Both the position numbers and the translations under genes were made by a program. 64,000 nucleotides of DNA from Macrostomum hystrix (Eukaryota; Animalia; Platyhelminthes), in assembly GCA_950097015.1 (NCBI GenBank), contig CATNEN010000025.1, forward strand, positions 1,426,001-1,490,000, in the 5' to 3' direction. Positions within the stretch are counted from its first letter, which is position 1. Each line of letters opens with the position of its first letter. This document shows positions 1 through 11,493 of this stretch, piece after piece. The notes under the pieces are model-generated. The model searched no databases, had not been told where the DNA came from, and worked only from the letters and a program-made list of their open reading frames with translations.

Positions 1-1
1 C

Positions 2-223
2 GGCCCGTCGTCTAGACGAGCTCCGCTGTCTCCAAGGCGCCGCCTGCTTCTAGTCGGTTTCCTGGTGTTCCTAGCCGTGTCCACCCTGCTATACCTGATG
101 TCCACCCTGGGCAGGCAGGCGGCCGAGAGCGACCCGATGCTACAGCCGGAGCTCAACCCCAACATTCGCGTGCAGCATCACGCCGCTGTGGTTGGCCGCG
201 GCTCTGGGCCAGAAATTATTTGA
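2..223 (+). CDS. ZFPL1: C-terminal coding exon of a ZFPL1-like Golgi zinc-finger membrane protein (partial; runs off window start)
   Basis: Frame 2 is open to TGA at 221-223 and reads ...[46 protein letters not shown]. This is a TM helix followed by a motif matching my recollection of the ZFPL1 C-terminus ([26 protein letters not shown]). Confidence 0.75.
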   Translation, partial: GPSSRRAPLSPRRRLLLVGFLVFLAVSTLLYLMSTLGRQAAESDPMLQPELNPNIRVQHHAAVVGRGSGPEII

Positions 224-1929
224 GAAAATTTTGAGTATACCTAACGCGTCATAATCCGTTTTCTTAGTCCTTGCATACTCAGAAGAACTTGGTTATTAGG
301 AATTGCAAATCTGTTCTATTTTGATGTTTTTCTGGGCTGGAATAAATCCTTAGTACTATATTGTACATATACAAAATAAGTGATTGCTCGATTGAGGTTT
401 AAAATTTTTTGTAATCATTCTGCCTATCATTTCGTTTGTTTGCGAGTGTCTTCGACATTGTCGAAAAGCATATTTTTAATCCAATTCTCGTCTATTCTGT
501 TTTGAAATACACTATTACTTGCTTTGTTTTGTTTGCTCGTTATAAACAGTAATACTAAAAGTATAGTTAATACTGAATATTGACATGTCATTTGGTGAAC
601 TTCTGTTTTTAAAATAACTTGCACGGTGATAAGTTATTTTCGTCATACGGTCGAAAATAAACAATGTGAACTCTAAAGAACACGAGAAATGCGTTGTCAA
701 TTACAGTTGAAATTCTTAGTTTTTTGTTGCAAGATACAGACAGTACAGGTCCTAATAAAAAATTTTATATAGCGCAAACAAAGGTTAACAATTATATTTT
801 ATCATGAGCATTGTAAGTCACCAACAAATAGTAATGCACATTTACTCGCAATAAACTCGGCAGAATTGAGTTCAGACTAGAATATATAGTATAATTTGAC
901 TTAGAGTAGTATTGTTCGCATCTGTGAAAGATTCCGATTAATTATAATTATTTGGTTGACGTCTAAAGAGCTTTAGTACCCCTGTAAAGACCCCCGTAAA
1001 TGTCCAAAAAGCACATCTTTGTCAGCGCACCATCAGGGCAATGTTGAAATAACTCATAATCATCATTAAAATGCCAGGCTGAGTGAGGCCAGACCACGCT
1101 AGATCAAACAGAAACACAGTGAATCTGGGCCAGGTGCCACGCATTCTGATTGGCTGTTGGTTTAAGAAGTTCTCAATTGATGGCTCTGAAAGCTGGTGCC
1201 AAATATTTGAAAGGAGCATCTCAGAGGCCTCGTGTGTGCTGAAATGAAAAATAAAATGAGTTTCTAAATGTATTACATGACAATAAATCAACCTATCATA
1301 AATTAGACAACATTGACTGACTTTAGCTAGTTCAACATAGGAATATCCAAGGTAGCAAGAGAGAGAAAGCTCTGGTCTTATCCTTCTGCTTCCTTCCTCT
1401 TACTTAAGGCAAAACTTTTAAAAAGGTTACTGAAAGTGACAATTGCACAAATGAGAAATGAGATAGGCTCTAGATATGAGGTTTAATCCATCTACTCTTT
1501 ATTAAGCACACTTAAATTTGCAATATCTATATAATTATATTTTGTACCCTGACATCATTGTCCTTTATCTTCCAAAAATTATGCTACATCACTAGCAGGC
1601 CTAGCCTTAGAAAAGGTCATATAGAAAATTGGTTACTTTAGCAATAAATTGGAACAAAGTGTTTCACATAAAAAAGAAATATCTTTCTCATATCTATAGT
1701 TACTTCTAAACAAAAAGGATTAAATCAAATAGTACTAATCTAAACAAAGCATTACAAATTATAAACAAAAAACAAATTCCCTTTCTTATATAGGCCCTAG
1801 GAACAATACACTAACATTTTAAAGGATTAACAGTGATTATACAACTTTCTAAGGCTTTTTCCAGTAGATTATTTAACTCTCAGGCATATTGCAGGTGCTG
1901 TTTATTTGAAATTCTAGCAGTTGCAGGAT

Positions 1930-2700
1930 TTATTCTAAACAGTTTGGACCATAGACAATTTAACACTTCAAGCAAAACTTATTGCAATGTCTAGACTCTC
2001 AGGGGGTTGGTGGCAGAGTGGTTAACGCGTTTGCCACTCGCACCACAGTCCCTAAGTTCGATTCCACGGCGAGGCCACATTTATTTGGGGCGCAGCCGCG
2101 AAGAGAAGGCTTCGGGGCTTGTCGTGCAATTTACGCCCTTGAGGGCCAACCTCCAAGGCACAGTTCAAGTGTACACTGCCTGACGATGAGAAAGTCAGGG
2201 CAGATGTACACAGCTGTGTGAGCGAGTGCCTGCATACGGTATCTGTGTGCGTGTGCTCACGAGTCAGCGAAATGGGCAGAATTGCCTCCTCGCTGGCTGC
2301 GGGTCTAGTGTCACCAAACTATGTGTCATTGCCCGCAGCCCTCCTGCAATTATTATTTATTCTAGACTCTCTGTGATGAGCCAGAAGTCATTTCCTCAAA
2401 AGAAGTCCATGTGTCACACATCTAAGACAGTCTGCTGCAAGCCACCAATCAAAGATAAGAGTGTACCAGCAAGATACTTTGAGCTGCCCATACAAGTGAC
2501 TTTGTATTTGAACCTTGACAGTAGAGAATTGAGTTTGGAGTTGTTCATCTCTTGTAGAGGCACAGTGCATTTGATGTCAGACTCTTAAAGCCATCCGTTG
2601 AATACTTGAATGGCCCACTTGTTGTATGTTAGAGTGTTTTGAGCCTTGGTGCTCCAATTGAGATTGTGAATTTTATCCAATGCTGTCTCAGAATTGCCAT
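1930..2700 (-). pseudogene. Degenerate Crypton-like (DUF3504-type tyrosine recombinase) transposon fragment, interrupted by a SINE
   Basis: Minus-strand translation TKAQNTLTYNKWAIQVFNGWL*ESDIKCTVPLQEMNNSKLNSLLSRFKYKVTCMGSSKYLAGTLLSLIGGLQQ...NDFWLITESLD resembles the N-terminal part of Crypton/ZMYM/KCTD1-type domains. It contains in-frame stops and is split by the SINE at 2001-2360. Confidence 0.5.
2001..2360 (+). mobile_element. tRNA-derived SINE, family A, full-length copy
   Basis: Pol III A-box-like TGGCAGAGTGG and B-box-like GTTCGATTCC head, (ATT)n-like tail, 11-bp TSD TCTAGACTCTC (1990-2000 and 2361-2371). About 10 related copies occur in the window. Confidence 0.9.
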
Positions 2701-4269
2701 AGGCCTATACTTCTCAAAGTTGCTGGAGAGCATTTAGGTCCTGGCAATCCAACCCTTCACATAGTATTTCTTCCAAATCTACTGCCAAATGGCAATTAGG
2801 ATCATAGTCTCCAACAAAGTTGGTGTTGGAGCTTTTGTCCATCAGTGGGTTCAAAATAAAAATTTTGCTCAATTTCAACACTGCTTGGGCCAGAGCTGTT
2901 AGAAAGAAAAGAAATAATTGCCCAGATCAGACCTCTATGTGGGCCATGGCTAGTCTTATATAGGCTGGTATTACATAGACTCACAGTCAGACAAAATGAA
3001 AGAGCAGACCTATGTGCTGCTAGTCCCTTTAGGCTTAGCAAAGGAAGCCTAAGGAAAGAAGGTATAAAATATTTTATTTTAGTGGGGATTCTATAATAAT
3101 TATAAGTAATTTGAAATTGGTCTGCTTGGCTATTTTAAAGTGCAATTATCTCACAAATAAAACACCCAACATAAAATTTGGCCTAGCTTCTAAAACTCCT
3201 AATTCCCTATACCCTATGTACCACTAAATGTGGTCATCGTGTGATAGAGAAGCCATTTCATATAAAGTGGTTTTAGATGGAACAAATGTTATTTATAATT
3301 ATCAACCTTAAAAACATTTAAAGTCTATAGACCGATTTATGAATGTAGTAAAACGAGAACAGCGAAACCATCATAATCAATTAGGCCTAAGTTGATAAAG
3401 AGTTATTTTTGAATGTCTCATTTTTTTGTTTTTTTGTAAAATAATCATAATTAGCAAATATAAAATTCCATGAGATTTAGGGCCTAACCTTAAGGTATTA
3501 CAAAACACGCATAACTACCTTTCAATTTAGGTTTACTTTTTGATTTACCGAGCAAGCTATTTAACAAAAACGTTGCTTTAATGTCGCTGATTTCAAGCTG
3601 AGTCCTAGCTTTGTAGCATATACTGTCATTTTTATTTCCCGAAAGTTCCAAAGTTGAACGTAATTTCTCAAATGTTCTATGGTGATATCTATAACAAGTT
3701 TAATGCGCAGCATAATATATCGCCAACTGACGACTAAAAGAAGAAGTACGTGACACTTCATTTCTTGGAAAAATTTATTACACTAGCAAGAATACACTAG
3801 CAGGAACTTTTCACATTTGCACATAAAAATATTGGTATGTGCAAAGTGCTTGCATCATCGAATTCGGCGGTCACCGACCTTTATCTATATCTATCTAGAC
3901 CTTCAAAGACCTACAACAGGTGGAACTAGGCCACTATGGACACCCTGACGCGAATTTCTCCAATTTCACTGTTCAAGCCTAACTATTAGGCGCAGCTCAA
4001 CCACAGGACACCCTCGACTAGTCTGTCAACCAATCAGTCACCCCCAAAGCATTCAGGCGCTGGCAAAAACATTTTCAAGTGGGGGGAATTCCCCCCTTGG
4101 TATAAAAACGGGCGGCAAAATGGCTTGGTAGAGTCCTACTGCATGTTAAAGATAAAAAATAAATTTTTCTAATACATTTATTTATTTCTGTCATTAGCAT
4201 TTTTCCGCTCGTAAATATATGCCTTAATCAATTGCAATCTCAATCTAGTTGGCAGATCTAGCTTTTGAA

Positions 4270-4440
4270 ATATTTTATTGTTGGTTAGAGCGTCAAAACT
4301 CATATGAGCAAAAGGTCCAGAGTTCGAACCCCAGTGTTACAGTTATAGGCCTACGCAACCTTCTGAGAGCGCCGCGTAAAGATAACTGCGGTGGCTGTGT
4401 CACTCCCTGGCTGCACATCGGGCCCGGAATGCATATGGTA
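4270..4440 (+). mobile_element. Internally deleted SINE related to family B
   Basis: tRNA-like head (GGTTAGAGCGTC...GAGTTCGAACCCC) joined to a tail GCGCCGCG...GCGGTGGCTGTG...GGCTGCACATC similar to the family B 3' end. Confidence 0.5.
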
Positions 4441-5281
4441 TAAGGTGCCAAGCTCAGACCCAATTCATTATCATTTACATTTGTCATGTAACCGTTTGTC
4501 ATGTAAATACATGCATTTAATTCGTTTGGGTGTACAAGATAGGCAACAAGTGTTACTTTTTGAAGAAACATCACTCGTACTATATAACTTAACTCAAATG
4601 CAACAAAATACGAAAATTTTAGTCTTTCGACTATTAAATCATGAAAAAAAGTGTACTAAATTAATCTGATTTTACATGTATGTATTTTCTGTGTACATCC
4701 ATTTCAAAAAGTTTTGAATCTTTCAACATAATAAAAAGTGAAAAAATAAAGGTTTATTAATCTAAGGATAGTTGATATATCTGTCATGAGGAACCAGATT
4801 AATTAAGCAAAGAACATAGCTCAGTAAATGTTTTTTAAATATGTTTTAAGCCAATAATAAATCAGCGAACAATTCTTTTTTCCAAGAGCCGCTTTATCAA
4901 AACAAACAAAAACTGTAGTGCTGTTTGGGGCAGTAATAGTAATGCAGATCAAAAGCAATCTTGAATGGCAAAGTTTTATTATAGATTTTATTATTTCATT
5001 TTAATGTGCATGTAACGAAGCTATTTATAGGTACAGTGACATCGGCTTAACTTTGATCGTTTCTGTTGGCGGTAGACCAATGTGCTTTTCATCCAAATAT
5101 CTATAAAGGCCCTACCCGAACGGTCGTGATTACTATGCGAAATTTCCACTTGTCACTACTATCAGTAGTCACATTGTACATGCTACAGTTTCTCTAAAAT
5201 ATAGCTTCGTCCGATACATTAGTAAATAGGCGCAACCAAGCTCAAATATCGATTAGGCGCACGCCCACCAACCCAAATCCG

Positions 5282-8264
5282 TCAGTGCTTCCCAGTGCGC
5301 AGTATCTGAGTCCGACGCCTTCGATCTGCTGCTCGCCCGCCGACAGCGGCAGCCGCCGTTGTAAGCGCAGAAGCCACAGCGGGTAGCTGCTGCTGCTGTT
5401 GCTGCTGCTGTTGAATAAGCTGCTGGTGCTGCCTGCTAGTAAGGAGATTTTCCCCAGCTAACAGTAGATGCGGAAGCGGAGGCTGAGGCTGCGGCTGCTG
5501 TGGAGTCGGCCGAATCGCCAGAGAAGGCAGGCGGTGAGGCTTGTAGGCGCCGTAGTACACAGCTTCCTTTAGCTCGGCTTTTAGGCGATTGACTTCAGCA
5601 GCTTGACGACGATTGTCTCCGATGAGCTGTTTGAGCAGCAGCTCGCACTCCATGAGGCTGGGCGCGCGCCATCGGATCTGATCCTCGCTGCCGGGCCCAG
5701 AGTCAGCGCCTTCGTCGACGACTTCGACATCTACGGCGCTGATTCGCAGCGGATCGAAGCGAATGCGAAGATGGCGAAGCTGCAGCTCAGGCGGACAGGC
5801 GGCCACGGCTTCGGCCTGGGTGGCGCGTGCGCGCAGTTCCTGACTGCGGGGATGGCGGGGGTCACACGGACCAGTTTAGTTCATGGACTGGACATGGATC
5901 CACTGAATGGCTGTCCGCCCTCCAGATTTTATTGGCTCGAAGATCTTCTTTGTTTCTATTTTTAGAAAATCGATCTTTCAACCTTCCAACTTAGCACGTG
6001 ACTATCGCCAGCCAATCAAAATTTGGTAATTGACTGATTCACATCAATCGCGAAGAGCTGCTTTAAACGAAATCCTTAAAGGGTTCGAATCTGTAGTTTA
6101 CTACTTCTTTAATTTAATCACAAAACTCAATTTTGTACAAGACATCCGAGTATGGTGCCTTCATCGTGACTGAAATCATTGAATGAGTACCAGTTGATGA
6201 GTACATGTTTAGTCGGAGTGTATATAACCGTAAACACACTTGTACAAAATATTAAAAAAAGCGTGAAAAATTTAAAATGGGTACAAAAGTGTGATCAAAA
6301 ACATTTTTGTGGCAAATCTCATTAAATGTGTAGGTTGCTTAGCTAGCACACGACGATTATTAATTACTGTTTAATATAAAAATGGATTTGTTTAATATTT
6401 GCATCGTTTGTTTGGTTAATTTATACACGTCATGCAATTAGTGATGTGATTGTAGTGGAGTTATTATTGGCAAAACAATTAGAATGGTCAAATAGTAGAC
6501 CTTTTTAAATATAATTTAAAAAATCGGCGGGAGCATTTCCTGGGCGACTTCGCGCGACCTACCCAACTCGCTTGCCGACGCCAGCTCGCGAAAGCCCTCG
6601 GCGACTGCGGCTGTAACTGCTGCTGGCTTTGCTGAATTTTTCACGGCATTGTAAAAAGATAAGATTAGAGAATTAGAGTTAGCCTAGAAGACATCTAACT
6701 AACTACATTGTTGTATGTACTCGTAGATACTTTTTATTGAAGCGCTAGACCTTCACCAATGAGGCACGATAATTTTTAGGCGGATACCCAATACCATTGT
6801 TTGGTTGGTTAGTGAAACTACAGTTTACTTACTACGCCAGCCAATACGGCTTCAAGTTGGCTATATTTATACTTTAGTCGGCTTCGAAACTTAATGTTTC
6901 AAGAATTTTTTCATTTCATAATTAGATATAAAAACACACACCAGAATGTGATTTCACCTTGCCCTGAAGATAAAATACCTTCAAGCGTTAAAGCAGAGCT
7001 TAACGCAGGGTGGTTAACGCGCACCAAGGTCCTGAGCTCGACTCCGCGGCGAGGCCACATTCATTAATTGCCTCACAAAGCTTGAAATATTTTGTGCAAT
7101 TTGCGCCCATGAGGGCCAACCTCCCAAGGCACCCAACCCCCGAAACGCAAAGTGAGAGTGTTCACTGCCCGACGAAGAGAAAGTAAGGGCAGATGTACAC
7201 ACCTGCGTGAGTGTGTGCCTGCGTACAGTATATCTGTGTGCGTGTGTGCTCAGGAGTTAAGCGGAATGCGGGTTTACATTTACCAAATGTAACAAAGACT
7301 GAAAAAAACCGATGAAGCAATGCCAAATTAAACCCTTTAATTAAATCCTTCAATAATATTCTGAAGTATATTAGGCTAAGTGTCTTTACTTCTGTCATTA
7401 AGATTAAATAGAATCGTCATAATCGACATTCAAAAAACCGCATAGAAATCTGCAATAGAACATCATATAATAACTATCATTTGACTAAGAATATCTAAGA
7501 AAATACGCTGTGATCCAACAAAGGACTGTACTAACATCTCCTTATGCAGCTGCTCGGTCTGTTGCTCAAGCAGCAGCTGCAGAGCTTGTCGCTGGCGCTT
7601 CTCATCAGCCAGCTGCTTCTGTGCCTGACGCAGCTGCTCCTGGAGAGTGACGGTGGCGGCGGCTCCTGAGGCGGCGGCAGCGTCAGCCGCGCCGATGCGA
7701 ACGTTGGCGTCCGAGTCGATGTCATCAATCGGTTGTTCTGCAGTCGGAATCCCCTGCTTGGAGGCTGCTGATGAAGAAGCAGCAGCAGCAGCAGCGGCTG
7801 CGGCCTGGCTGGTTCTGCCAGCCATAACAAGTCGGTACTGCAGATCTGCAACCAGTGCGATGATTACTTTGTGTCTTTTGCCTCCTATTTTTTAAGAAAA
7901 CTTTAAAAATCGAACCTTGGACGACTTATGTAGAGTTCATCGGCTCACCTTTGTTCTCCTGTCGCAGCTGCTCAATCTCAGACTGTAACGAGGCCAGCAT
8001 CTCTTCGTGTTGAATGCGCAGAAAGTTGAGACTTTTCTCTAGGTAGCCGATTCTGCGACTCTCCAGGTTGCCCGGACCTTCGTCATCATCGTCGAAATGA
8101 GCCGCCAAGTGCTGCTGTTGGCGCTTGCTGTCAATTGGCGGAAGCACGGGTGGTGTGGGGGCGGCTTTACTATTTGGTGCCAGGCTGAAAGTCTCCAGAT
8201 GGGCCACGCGACTCCACTGTGGCAGGTGAAGGCCGGCCGTCCTGCTAGAGAATGGATCTTCCAT
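5282..8264 (-). CDS. CCDC74: CCDC74/CCDC92-family coiled-coil protein; exons 8264-7949, 7845-7536, 6631-6563, 5843-5282
   Basis: Exon 1/2 junction gives LEKSLNFLRIQHEEMLASLQSEIEQLRQENK|DLQYRLVM, like CCDC74 [39 protein letters not shown]. The last exon has PSLMECELLLKQL, like the CCDC74 C-terminal domain. All junctions are GT-AG and phase-consistent. Confidence 0.75.
7005..7265 (+). mobile_element. SINE family A copy (truncated) in CCDC74 intron
   Basis: Shares GAGCTCGACTCCGCGGCGAGGCCACAT, GAGGGCCAACCTCC and GGGCAGATGTACACAC blocks with the 2001-2360 copy. Confidence 0.85.
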
Positions 8265-8399
8265 GCGGCTTGATGGACAGCCACCTCTCTGGGCTAAAAT
8301 TCAAACACATGTGATCCTGTTTATTTTTGGTTCAAATTACTTTTTCGTTAATGTGTTGATTGATTCAAACATTTCTTAACACAAGCATATAATTGAAGT

Positions 8400-8590
8400 T
8401 GTTAAGTTGGAACAAGCGAGACATTTAGGCACGACAAAACTCTTAAGGCCCAAGTTGGCCAAAGTGAGAATTATATATTGTCAAGCGATGCGAGTTGAAT
8501 TGTACACTTAGGCATTGTACAGTGTGGCATGTACATAGAGCAAGTTAGCATATTGATTTAGTAATGGATTATAAAACGCGACACACAACA
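8400..8590 (-). repeat. 3' LTR of the Gypsy element
   Basis: TGTTAAG...ACACAACA, direct repeat of 13656-13846; short purine tract GGGAGA adjacent on the minus strand. Confidence 0.95.
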
Positions 8591-8948
8591 TCTCCCAACG
8601 CACGAAATAAGATTTGTTAACCGATGACAATATTAAAGTATTTCGCAGAATTTCCCAACGGGAAGCGTGTATAAAAGCATATTCGAACGGAAGCGGATAT
8701 AAAAAACTAGAATCACTGAGTCGAGCTGGATTAATAACGTTGGCAACAATGATACAAACAATGCACTTTAAATTCAATCGAATGATGCAATACAACAATA
8801 GACTTGTAGCACCTAACCAGTCAAAGAATGCTAAATCTGACGTCCTTGCGGTATAAACTGCAACAAGGGTTCAAACGCTCAATCAGTGCAATAAAACTTT
8901 AACTCAAATCAAAATCAAACGTAAACTTCTCTTCATCACCACGTAGAC

Positions 8949-11481
8949 TTAACTTGGATGATAGAACATAGGCTTTTTGACGACTCGGCCACGCCTTGTC
9001 CTGTACGGTTCAACTGGCTGCACGGAGGCCGGCTGCACGGAGGCCGGCTGCACGGAGGCCGGCTGCACGGAGGCCGGCTGCACGGAGGCCGGCTGCACGG
9101 AGGCCGGCTGCACGGAGGCCGGCTGCACGGAGGCTGGCTGCACGGAGGCCGGCTGCACGGAGGCCGGCTGCACGGAGGCCGGCTGCACGGAGGCCGGCTG
9201 CACGGAGGCTGGCTGCACGGAGGCCGGCTGCACGGAGGCCGGCTGCACAGAGGCCGGCTGCACGGAGGCTGGCTGCACGGAGGCCGGCTGCACGGAGGCC
9301 GGCTGCTCAGCTTCGTCGTTGTCACAATGGAGAGACTCGCTCAATGGCACACCCAATTTTCGAGGCCTGATGAAGCGGCGATTCCTTCTGAGCAGCTGAC
9401 CAGTCTCGGTTCGAACCCAGTACGATCTTGGACAATTCTCCAGCTCGCTGTCGATCTCAGCCGCCACCCAGTCACGACGACCTCGTTGGAGCCAGACCAG
9501 ATCGCCAGCAGCTAATCTCCTTAATGGTCGAGCTCCTCGGTTGTACAATTGTGCTGCGCGAGTGCGCTCCTTCTCAAAGGCCTCGATGCTTGAGTGTAGA
9601 TGAATTTCCTTTGGCCGCAAGTCCTGAACCGTTGCGGGCAAGTCGCACCGAAGCTTACGACCGAATGCCATCTCAGCTGGACTCGGAAAGCCGCTGCCGA
9701 CTGGAGTGTTACGGTAGTGAAGCAATGCCAGCTCCAGGTTCTGTCCGGTCTCTGAGCACTTCTTCAGCATGTTCTTTGCAGTTTGCACGTAGCGTTCTGC
9801 TCTTCCGTTTGATTGCGGGTACGTCGGACTTGAAGTTCGGTGCTCGACCTTGAATTCTGTTATCATCTGTCGAAATTCCCGAGCGGAAAACTGTGGACCT
9901 CCGTCGCTGACGAGTTTCTCTGGCACTCCGAAGTTTTGGAAATGGTCCCGAATCACTGACACGACAGCCGCGCTGGTGGTCGATCTCATTCGAGTGACAC
10001 TCATCCAGTGACTATAGGAGTCCACGTACACCAGGTAGGATGAGCTGCCGAACTCGAACAGGTCTGTTGAACAATTTTGGAATGGGAAGTCCGGCATATC
10101 CACAGTCATCAGCGTCTCCTTGGACTGGGTTCTCATGTTCCGCTGACATGACTCGCAGTTGGTGACAACCTGCTCTACACAGTTACGCATTCCTGGCCAA
10201 TAGAAATAGTCCTTAGCCTTGAGGTGCATTTTTACGATGCCGGGGTGCCCAACATGAAGAATTTCAAGCACCTGCTTCCTCGAATCTCCGCAGGGAACAT
10301 AGATCCGGTCCTTCAAGCACAATAGTCCGGAAGCGTAGGTCAGGTCATGCCGAACATCCCAAAACGGCTTCAGGTCGTCTGTCAATCTCTTTCTGTGCTC
10401 TGGCCAACCGTCCAGGATGACGTTCCGCAACCGCTCGCTCGTCATGTCTTTGGCTGTTGCGTTCCTGATCATGTGCAAGATCTCACGGTCCCCGCTGAAG
10501 CAGCACTCGACTGATAGGACTTGACCGTCGAGGGCTTCTTCTAACTGAATTGTGAGGAGATCAGCTGCACCGTGTGCTCGGCTCAAAGTGTCGGCTACGT
10601 ACAAGTCCTTTCCGGGAGTATACTTGACGCGAATGTCATACGGCTGCAACTGAAGCATAAGTCGCTGAATTCTAGGCGTCGTATCACACAGAGCCTTCTT
10701 GAAGATCGCCTCTAGTGGCTTGTGGTCGCTCTGAACATTCACTGTCCGGCCCCAGATGTATCGGTGAAACTTTTTGCAGCCATAGACAATCGCGAGAAGC
10801 TCTTTCTCGATTTGTGCGTAGGCTCGCTGGGCACTGGTCATTGCAGAGGACGCGTATTCGACTGGACGATCGTCTTGGAGCAGCACAGCGCCGATGCCAC
10901 TCTTGCTTGCGTCGACTGAAACCGTCACGGGCTTGGTTACGTCAAAGGTTGCCAGCACCCGGTTCGAGCACAGATCCGCGATGATTGCTTCATACGCCTG
11001 GTCGTGCTGATCCAGCCAGCTCCATATGACCTCCTTCTTCAGCAGATGCCTAAGTGGTTCCGCAGTGGCTGACAGTTGCGGGCAGAACCTAGCCAAGTAT
11101 GTGACACAGCCGAGAAAACGCCTGAGTTGCTCTCTCTTTGCGGTTACGCCTTCCAGAGAGTCGGGTCTTGTCATCTCCTTGATTGCCTTGACCTTCTGCG
11201 GATCAGCCCGAATTCCATCGGGGCCAAGAATATCGCCTAAGTAGCTCAGCTCTTGGGCTCCAACTCGCATCTTGTTCGGATTCAGCGTCACGTTGGCCCG
11301 CTTGCACTGCTCCATCAGACTGCGTACTGCGATGTCGTGTTCCTCGATGGTGCGCCCCCACACGATAATGTCGTCGAAAAAGTTTTTCGAGTTCTTGACG
11401 TGGCTGGTGACATTCTCCTCCATACGCTTTTGAAACACTTCCGGGATTGATGACAAGCCGTACGGCACTCTCTTCCACCTG
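8949..11481 (-). CDS. RT(C)-RNase H-integrase part of the Gypsy polyprotein
   Basis: YRWKRVPYG, FFDDII (RT), VSVDASKSGIGAVLLQ (RNase H), H-H-C-C and D-D-E integrase motifs. Removing the SINE plus one TSD copy restores one 4239-nt ORF (1412 aa). Confidence 0.93.
9016..9300 (-). repeat. 15-bp coding minisatellite (QPASV x19) in the integrase C-terminal tail
   Basis: GGCTGCACGGAGGCC x19 on the + strand, in frame with pol. Confidence 0.95.
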
Positions 11482-11493
11482 TAACGACCGAAT

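Noticed and set aside
1022-1291. 89-aa minus-strand ORF; also ORFs at 36022-36324 and 38750-39075
   Set aside because: No recognisable domain and no convincing exon structure; could be decayed TE or non-coding sequence.
2175-2210. CTGACGA...GAAA in SINE A resembling a hammerhead ribozyme core
   Set aside because: Only 3 nt lie between CUGACGA and GAAA (no stem II) and there is no workable stem III or cleavage triplet. The segment folds better as a simple hairpin CTGCC-TGAC/GTCA-GGGCAG.
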